A stretch of DNA of 64,000 bases, taken from an uncultured virus (IMG/VR IMGVR_UViG_3300041405_000400) (Duplodnaviria > Heunggongvirae > Uroviricota > Caudoviricetes). The stretch lies in the IMG/VR virus record IMGVR_UViG_3300041405_000400; one strand, written 5' to 3'. The notes beneath the pieces were generated by a model. It did no database searches and had not been told where the DNA came from. It saw only the letters and a program-made list of their open reading frames with translations. The stretch's first letter is position 1, and each line of letters begins with the position of its first letter. Shown here in pieces: positions 57,874 to 64,000 of the stretch. The position numbers and the translations under genes are program-made.

Positions 57874-58524
57874 TCAGCCGCCACAAGTGGCGAATGGGCC
57901 AGCAGGTGCTTGTGTTGTACTCCTTGCCGGGCTTTGAGAATTCAATCCTTTCTGTTGGCGCTCAGCGAAAGTCAGCAACTGTCCCAGTTTTCGAGTGGCT
58001 ATCGTGAACGTTTCTTTGCCCGTTTGGTTAAACCCCATGTTTTTGTACCATTGATGCAAATTTTCTTTGACGGCACCATGCTGCCTGCGAGGGATGTCTT
58101 CCAGCTCGATAAGCAAGGGGCTGGCGCGAAGGAATACCACGGGAGCGATATGCTGGTAGTCGGCCAGCTTGCGCAGCAACTCGGTGCCGTAGCCCATGCC
58201 CCGGCACTCATCGTCAATCTTCAGGATGTCCACGAACACCATGTTCACCCGAGGAATTCCTTTTTGGTCGAGGAACGGCTTGGCGGTTTTTTGCAGGTCC
58301 TGGTCAGCGGTAAACAACATGTCAACAAAGTCATTTCCCCACACGGGCGCAAACTCCGCGTGCCGCTGTTTGGCGTCACCGGCCAGCACGAGCAGGCCAT
58401 TCATTTCTGCGATCATCAGATTATGGTGGTCGTAGGCATTCATTTGGAACTGTTTAAAAAAGCAACTGAGATCCGGCCAGCAAGGTCGGTAATCCTTGGT
58501 TTCATGTTCGATTGAAACGATCAT
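57874..58524 (-). CDS. GNAT-family acetyltransferase
   Basis: RGMGYGTELL acetyl-CoA motif; WYKNMGF. Confidence 0.8.
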   Translation of the reverse strand: MIVSIEHETKDYRPCWPDLSCFFKQFQMNAYDHHNLMIAEMNGLLVLAGDAKQRHAEFAPVWGNDFVDMLFTADQDLQKTAKPFLDQKGIPRVNMVFVDILKIDDECRGMGYGTELLRKLADYQHIAPVVFLRASPLLIELEDIPRRQHGAVKENLHQWYKNMGFNQTGKETFTIATRKLGQLLTFAERQQKGLNSQSPARSTTQAPAGPFATCGG

Positions 58525-58549
58525 TTCTGCTTACGCTCCTGGTGCGTGA

Positions 58550-59014
58550 TTATTGGCCATAGCCACAGCTTGTAGAAGGCACAACCCTCAGTTTTGGTGG
58601 TGGCATCGTAATCACGAGGCCTTCTGCTGGCGCCCGTTCATGGACGTGGATATTCGATTGTTCAAGTGTCTCTTTAGGGATGTAGGCCCAAATGAAATCC
58701 TCTCCCCGCCCAATAGCATCACGGTAGCGATGATTACCGTCTTCAACCTCAAGATCGTAGCCACAGACAATCGGCGGGCGCGAGAGAGGATTCATTTTTC
58801 CATAGCGCGCCTGTTTTTTCTCGGATTTCTGATTGTGATCGTCATCGCCGGGTTTTAGGTCGTTGATGGCAACCCTCACCAACTCAGCTTGCGAGCCGTG
58901 GAAGTATTCTTCGACCATTTCCTCGTTGACGTAGGTGGGGCAGTTTTCCGAAATGTAAGCAGCGATCTGACGTTCATCTTTAAGAAGTGCAGGCCATGTG
59001 ATAGTTTTTGGCAT
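58550..59014 (-). CDS. ParB/Srx N-terminal-like domain protein
   Basis: PPIV...EDGNHRY. Confidence 0.7.
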   Translation of the reverse strand: MPKTITWPALLKDERQIAAYISENCPTYVNEEMVEEYFHGSQAELVRVAINDLKPGDDDHNQKSEKKQARYGKMNPLSRPPIVCGYDLEVEDGNHRYRDAIGRGEDFIWAYIPKETLEQSNIHVHERAPAEGLVITMPPPKLRVVPSTSCGYGQ

Positions 59015-59116
59015 AGGGAGTCCTATTCATTGTTTTTTAACTATACTGCTTTATTATCAAATTATATCAGGATTAACAAAAGTTTATCCTGACCTTGCGA
59101 TCTAGGGGAGATATTC

Positions 59117-59434
59117 ATGAGTCTGCAAAAACTTCCGGACACTGAAAAGCGCATTGAAACTGGAGCCGTGCAATTCGGTGAGGACTGGCCGGGTGTTTTC
59201 CTGCGGGGCGACAATGCCAGTGGGTCGGCCTTCATGTTGGCGTCCAGGGCCGCTAATATCGCCAATGCCAGTGAAGATCGGGATGTGCTGTCGATGTGCC
59301 TGATAGTCGTTCAACACGCTCAACTGCTGTCTGAGGCCGATGTGCATGGGCAAACTCAGAAGGCAGTGAATGGTTACGCCAAAACCGTTGAGGATCGTTG
59401 TAAATCGTTTCGAGTCAACGCGCTGGGGATCTAA
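59117..59434 (+). CDS. hypothetical protein
   Basis: GGGGAG RBS; RIETGAVQFGEDWPGVFLRGDNA. Confidence 0.75.
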   Translation: MSLQKLPDTEKRIETGAVQFGEDWPGVFLRGDNASGSAFMLASRAANIANASEDRDVLSMCLIVVQHAQLLSEADVHGQTQKAVNGYAKTVEDRCKSFRVNALGI

Positions 59435-59449
59435 GCGCTGAGCGTCATG

Positions 59450-60328
59450 CTACCCGGTGAAATACAGCTGGGTAGCAATGATGCTGGTTAGGAGCACAAT
59501 GTCTCGTGCAGTGAAGATCACCCTCTTGTCCTGCATGTAGTAATACAGGTAGCCGATGAGCACCATGCCTGCGCTGCGCAGGGTCACGTACTGCTCGACA
59601 GGTATCTTGGTCACGATCTGGGTGTTCAGAAATTGGGTGATGCAGTAAAGGCTCACCACGACCAGAAGATTGCGCTTGTTGGACATGGCAGCATTGAGCT
59701 GGTTTAGTTCCTTGTTTTTCAACGACAACGACATGAATACCACAATGTTGATGCCATTGGTTGCGATCAAGAAACTGTAGGAATCATATTCCTGCATCAG
59801 TTTGGCGTGCAGCACAATCGAAAAGGTGCCAATCAGAACGTTCAGGGCAAGCCAGTGCAGGCGAGTGATGGCGCCTGACTTGAGCTTATTGAAATAATAG
59901 ACAATGGTCAGCAACAAGGTAATCGCGCACATGGCGACCATCGACAACAAGCTGTCGTACTGCACCTCCACCGTGTTTTTGAACGGTAGCGTGGTGACTA
60001 CAATGAAGCTGGCAACCGGCGCCGCAGAGATGATCAGGAAGCTTGAAAAATTGAACAGTGGCATGTTGTCCTGACACTGTTTGCGGCCCTCTATCTGCAC
60101 CATCACCAAGGCAATCAGCAGTACCTGAGAGACATAGAACCGAAAGTCGCCCAGAAAGGCAAAATCAAAGGGGGCTTCGCTTACCAGTTTCCAGGCGAGA
60201 AACACCACACAGCTACTGCTGCACATCATGGCTGCGCTGGTGTATTTGATGTCGTACAAATCAGATTGAAGTTTCTGAAAGTGGACAGTCAGCAGCAGGA
60301 ATAAAGGGAAAAGCAGGTAGGCCGTCAT
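59450..60328 (-). CDS. polytopic membrane protein, possibly DMT/EamA-like
   Basis: about 10 hydrophobic segments in 292 aa. Confidence 0.7.
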   Translation of the reverse strand: MTAYLLFPLFLLLTVHFQKLQSDLYDIKYTSAAMMCSSSCVVFLAWKLVSEAPFDFAFLGDFRFYVSQVLLIALVMVQIEGRKQCQDNMPLFNFSSFLIISAAPVASFIVVTTLPFKNTVEVQYDSLLSMVAMCAITLLLTIVYYFNKLKSGAITRLHWLALNVLIGTFSIVLHAKLMQEYDSYSFLIATNGINIVVFMSLSLKNKELNQLNAAMSNKRNLLVVVSLYCITQFLNTQIVTKIPVEQYVTLRSAGMVLIGYLYYYMQDKRVIFTARDIVLLTSIIATQLYFTG

Positions 60329-60381
60329 TGATGTCTTTGATCAGCGGATGGAAGAAAAGAGAGAAGGCCCGAAGGCCCCTC

Positions 60382-60813
60382 TTAAGTGTCTAATGAATGT
60401 GATTCGGCGACTTTCCCCGAAGGATCAATCACCGTTGCTTTCAACAAAAAGCCACCGTAGTAGCCGTTGTGTTCGTTGTGAGCCTCAAAGGTCACCATGT
60501 CTCTGTCGGTCAAGACCTCCAGAAATTCGACTTCGTGCGCTTCGTTGCACGCAGAATCCAATACTACGTTGACCTTCTGTGTAACCCGAATATTCATCAG
60601 GGTTTCGCCTACCAGGGAGTTCAACTTATCGTTGGTTCGCAGGTAGCGTGTTTCGCAACAGTCTTGGCCCGCATCAGCCAGCAAGATTTTAAAGCCCGAC
60701 GCCAGCGTTATGACAACCTGACCGTTTCCACCGTTGCCAGCATCATCCAGGACGATATCGGCAATAACATGAAACGTGGAAACGGTATTCAGCAAAGTAA
60801 TTTGACGGTTCAT
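60382..60813 (-). CDS. phage-type hypothetical protein
   Basis: QDCCE...HNEHNGYYGG motif. Confidence 0.75.
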   Translation of the reverse strand: MNRQITLLNTVSTFHVIADIVLDDAGNGGNGQVVITLASGFKILLADAGQDCCETRYLRTNDKLNSLVGETLMNIRVTQKVNVVLDSACNEAHEVEFLEVLTDRDMVTFEAHNEHNGYYGGFLLKATVIDPSGKVAESHSLDT

Positions 60814-60964
60814 AAGAATTTCTCAGACATGATTTTCGATCACGTTCCTACGAGAAATCCGTACTATTGAATCAAACCGCTGGCGGGCGAATCATTTTCA
60901 TTAAAACATGCTTATTATATCTACAGCCGACATGCATGGCAAGCAGGCATCTTTCTTTGTCGGA

Positions 60965-61408
60965 TTATGTCTTGGGGGTCACTTGAACATTCTTGTAAAA
61001 ATCCCAGGTCGGGCCAAAATCGCAGCTTGGGTATTTGGCCTTCAGCGCCTCTGACGGTACAAAATTCTCCAGCGCCTGCTGGGTTATTTCTTCGAATCGC
61101 GGCGTTGGCCAGGGATTGTTCAAATCAGGCGGCAGTAGGCCCACGAGGTTGCCTGAGTTGGCGTCAAGGGCATATACATCCTTGATATCGGCGCTACCGT
61201 CTTTGAATTGAACGTGCAGAAAGAGACGGGTCTTATCATCGGAGCCAATCACGTCGGCGTAGACTGTACGGGTGCGATCATGAGACAGGCTGTTGTCCCA
61301 TTGTTCCGAATCGTTCACGTCTAGGTCAGAGCCAAAATCGTAGGACTCAAAGACGTGTTGGGCGACGGCTGCGCGTTGATTGTCGAGTTCTTCTGGTGAA
61401 AGGTGCAT
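60965..61408 (-). CDS. hypothetical protein
   Basis: GGAG RBS. Confidence 0.75.
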   Translation of the reverse strand: MHLSPEELDNQRAAVAQHVFESYDFGSDLDVNDSEQWDNSLSHDRTRTVYADVIGSDDKTRLFLHVQFKDGSADIKDVYALDANSGNLVGLLPPDLNNPWPTPRFEEITQQALENFVPSEALKAKYPSCDFGPTWDFYKNVQVTPKT

Positions 61409-61467
61409 GCAGGACTCCAGGCGATGATCAAGGGCCAGGGAGCGGTGCTTCTGGCCCCTTCGGGGTA

Positions 61468-61734
61468 TCAGTGATTGGCGAAGTCCGGGTGGCCGTCTTC
61501 TTTGTAGTACGTGGCCGTTTGGGAATTGTCGGCGGTCTGACCGAAAATGGCGATTTGCAGGGCTTTGCCTACCTTTGTGGCCGCTTCAAAATTCTTCATC
61601 TGAGGCATCGAGCCATCAGTCACGGCGCACACGCCATACTTGGCGTCTTCAGGGTTGTAGCGAAAGATGAAGCCCACGACCGGACGCACGCCTGCGCGGC
61701 TGAAATATTGGGTGGGAACGTCTTGAAAACTCAT
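61468..61734 (-). CDS. small hypothetical protein
   Basis: AAGGAG RBS before ATG 61734; own TTGACA..TATAAT promoter and terminator. Confidence 0.75.
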   Translation of the reverse strand: MSFQDVPTQYFSRAGVRPVVGFIFRYNPEDAKYGVCAVTDGSMPQMKNFEAATKVGKALQIAIFGQTADNSQTATYYKEDGHPDFANH

Positions 61735-62209
61735 GGCCAACTCCTTCGATGTGATGAAGTGATTATACAGGCTCGACCCAGGCATGTCAATCCCGTTGAC
61801 ATTCAGAGAAGAAGCTGTACATCGGAGTATTGGCCTGCAAGTGCTAAAAATGGAGCAGTTACTATTCCACTGCCAAAGCCACCGCCCGAAGGCAAAAGGG
61901 TCGGACTGTCCTATTCCGTCACGCAAGCAGCCCTTTCTCTGCTCTGTGAAGTGCGATTTCCTTGAACCACAAAAAGCACCGAGGGTCACCGCTTCGACGC
62001 CATAAGGCTCCACTATCCCCGCTGGCCGGTTCTATTGGTGGCTCATTGTCCAGGTCGCCAGTCTTGACCTTGACGTAGATTTGCTCGGGCTCACTCACCT
62101 AAGCTGCCATGCTGCGCTACCGCTTACATAGCCTGTCCCTCAGTGCGATTAATCGAAAAAATGGTTAACCAAGTTACCAGAGCAACCGCTTCTGGATTTC
62201 AGAAGTTTT

Positions 62210-62238
62210 ATAATAACGATCTAATGGGTAGTTGTCAA
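62210..62238 (-). promoter_or_regulatory. sigma70 promoter facing a non-coding region
   Basis: TTGACA-17-TATTAT. Confidence 0.75.
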
Positions 62239-62381
62239 TGTCATTATTGCTTTTTTGTGATGCTTGAGGGAGTCCGGGCAAACTGTATTCGCAATGAAAA
62301 AGCCCCAACCTATTGATTGGGGCTTTTCGTTCAACTGCGAGACTGATATCGTAATCCCAATAATAGGAATGAGAATCAGTA

Positions 62382-62882
62382 TCAAAAAGGAATGTCATCA
62401 TCAAAACTGTCAAAGTCAGGTGCGGGTCCTGGCGTTGGAGTTTGCTCACCGGAACCTTGTGGTGCGGTGTTTTGCTTGCCGGTAGTCGATTGTGAAGGAC
62501 GTGGAGCGCGCTGCTGTTGCTCACCGCCTTCGCCCGGCTTGCCGCCGCCCAGCAGTTGCATGGTGCCGTTCATGTCTACCACGATTTCAGTGGTGTAACG
62601 TTTGACGCCATCTTTTTCCCATTCACGGGTTTGCAGTCGGCCTTCCAGATAGATCTGGGAGCCTTTTTTAACGTACTCGCCAACGATTTCAGCTACTTTA
62701 CCGAAGAACACTACGCGGTGCCATTCGGTCTTTTCGACCTTCTGATTGGTTTGCTTGTCAGTCCAGGTTTCGCTAGTTGCAAGGGTCAGGTTGGTGACCT
62801 TGCTGCCGTTAGGCATGTCACGAACTTCAGGATCTCCGCCCACATTACCAACCAGAATTACTTTGTTTACGCCACGAGCCAT
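62382..62882 (-). CDS. ssb: single-stranded DNA-binding protein
   Basis: [21 protein letters not shown]-terminal DDDIPF. Confidence 0.98.
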   Translation of the reverse strand: MARGVNKVILVGNVGGDPEVRDMPNGSKVTNLTLATSETWTDKQTNQKVEKTEWHRVVFFGKVAEIVGEYVKKGSQIYLEGRLQTREWEKDGVKRYTTEIVVDMNGTMQLLGGGKPGEGGEQQQRAPRPSQSTTGKQNTAPQGSGEQTPTPGPAPDFDSFDDDIPF

Positions 62883-63002
62883 GTATATTTCTCTCTTATG
62901 TATAATTAATTATCTACTGTACTTTTTACTCCGTTTCCGGAGAACAATACTATTAGATCATTAATGCCTTATTATGTCTAGCGTTATTTCATTAGCACAT
63001 AC

Positions 63003-63030
63003 AAAAAACGCTCCTTTCGGAGCGTTTTTG
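63003..63030. terminator. intrinsic terminator
   Basis: AAAAAACGCTCC-TTTC-GGAGCGTTTTT. Confidence 0.85.
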
Positions 63031-63031
63031 T

Positions 63032-63445
63032 TTAAGCGTTGATCGCGATGGATCGGGGCTTCTTGTCTTCTGGAATTTCCAGGTCGATGTCGATTGCCAA
63101 AAGGCCATGTTCGAGGGTGGCTTTTTTCACGACAGCGTACTGGTGAAGCACAAATTCCAACTTGAAATTGCGCTTGGCGATGCCTTCGCTTTGGTAAACT
63201 TTGGTTTCATCACGTTGCTGGGTGCCCTCAATGATCAACATGTCATCTTTTTGTTTGATGGAGATGTTGTCCAAGGTGTAACCGGCGACTGCCGCTGTAA
63301 TCCGTACTGAGTTGGACTCTTGATCAAGCACTTCAATGTCGCAAGGCGGGAAACTCGGGCGTTTTGCCAAGCTGTCGATGTGGCTGAACAGCTGATCGAA
63401 GCCAATGAGAAAAGCATGTGGAAGCTGGGAACTACGGGTCATCAT
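63032..63445 (-). CDS. ibpA: small heat-shock protein Hsp20 (IbpA-like)
   Basis: IGFDQLF, FPP, AVAG, GIAKRNF, A.LEHGLL.IDI...IPEDKKPRSIAI. Confidence 0.9.
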   Translation of the reverse strand: MMTRSSQLPHAFLIGFDQLFSHIDSLAKRPSFPPCDIEVLDQESNSVRITAAVAGYTLDNISIKQKDDMLIIEGTQQRDETKVYQSEGIAKRNFKLEFVLHQYAVVKKATLEHGLLAIDIDLEIPEDKKPRSIAINA

Positions 63446-63446
63446 T

Positions 63447-63516
63447 CACTCTCCATGAGCAGTGTGTAATAGTTTAACCGCCTGTGTCAGGCAGTGAACC
63501 CCTCTTTTGAGCGGGA
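63447..63516 (-). promoter_or_regulatory. ROSE-like RNA thermometer leader
   Basis: three hairpins; the last is CACT-G-CTC-ATG-GAG-AGTG, with a bulged G opposite the SD. Confidence 0.55.
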
Positions 63517-63696
63517 ACAAATATAATTTAACGTTAACAATGACTTGCGTCAATACCCTTTGATGATTTTTTTGTAATTTTGTTGCTGCGTTGTTTACTC
63601 AGCGTTTCGTAACGTGATGCACAGCAGCACCCTTTTGTGTAGAATGTCGTCTATTATATGCTGATGGGTCAGCAGCCAATCAAAGGATATTCAGCC

Positions 63697-64000
63697 GTGA
63701 CGGAATCGAGACAGAGCATTGTTGAGCCAAGAAATCTGGCCAATGTCCTTCAGCACATGAATGGTGTCATAGAGGCATTCATTGCCCTGCGAGAACAAGA
63801 TGAGCGGGATGAACAGGCCAGTTTTTGGATGGGTATTTTCCAGGAAGAAGCCAAAACCATTGCATCAACATTGGCCGACTTGGGTCTCATTACAAAGGCA
63901 GAAAAGGTCGATGTCCTGAAATCTATTGAATGGACAATGAGCAAGGCAGAGATCAGGGAGATCCAGCAGTACACGACTATGGAGATTGAGGCTTGCATCC
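63697..64000 (+). CDS. hypothetical protein, runs off the window end
   Basis: GTG after AAGGA; open frame to the end of the window. Confidence 0.6.
   Translation, partial: MTESRQSIVEPRNLANVLQHMNGVIEAFIALREQDERDEQASFWMGIFQEEAKTIASTLADLGLITKAEKVDVLKSIEWTMSKAEIREIQQYTTMEIEACI

Overview
This 64 kb window has roughly mid-range GC and is densely packed with short genes. It looks like the accessory region of a Pseudomonas-associated megaplasmid or phage-plasmid/jumbo phage: ssb, dcd and slyB look Pseudomonas-like, and no virion, replication or conjugation genes are recognisable. Recognisable proteins include rIIA/rIIB, dCTP deaminase, a BtpA/SgcQ barrel, an R2K-type ATP-grasp protein, a cyclic-phosphate-processing receiver domain, TnpB, an RlmN-like radical SAM enzyme, YqeY, a metallophosphoesterase, a DEDDh exonuclease, a MazG-like protein, a GNAT, a ParB-N protein, SSB and Hsp20. 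Several orphan or truncated antitoxin-like genes are also present. Six near-canonical tRNAs lie on the minus strand (Thr-UGU, Cys-GCA, Asn-GUU, Ser-UGA, Met/Ile2-CAU, Gly-UCC). The most striking feature is at about 32.2-36.9 kb, chiefly a sigma70-driven, mostly non-coding minus-strand operon at 33.9-36.9 kb built from modular RNA cassettes. These comprise (i) a repeated 'small hairpin + long TG(C/T)AT(T/C)GG closing stem' frame, (ii) six copies of a tRNA-shaped scaffold whose two loops are complementary and co-vary while the cargo differs, and (iii) several aberrant tRNA-like genes. All protein calls come from motif recognition by eye and all RNA structures were paired by hand; no database searches or folding programs were run.
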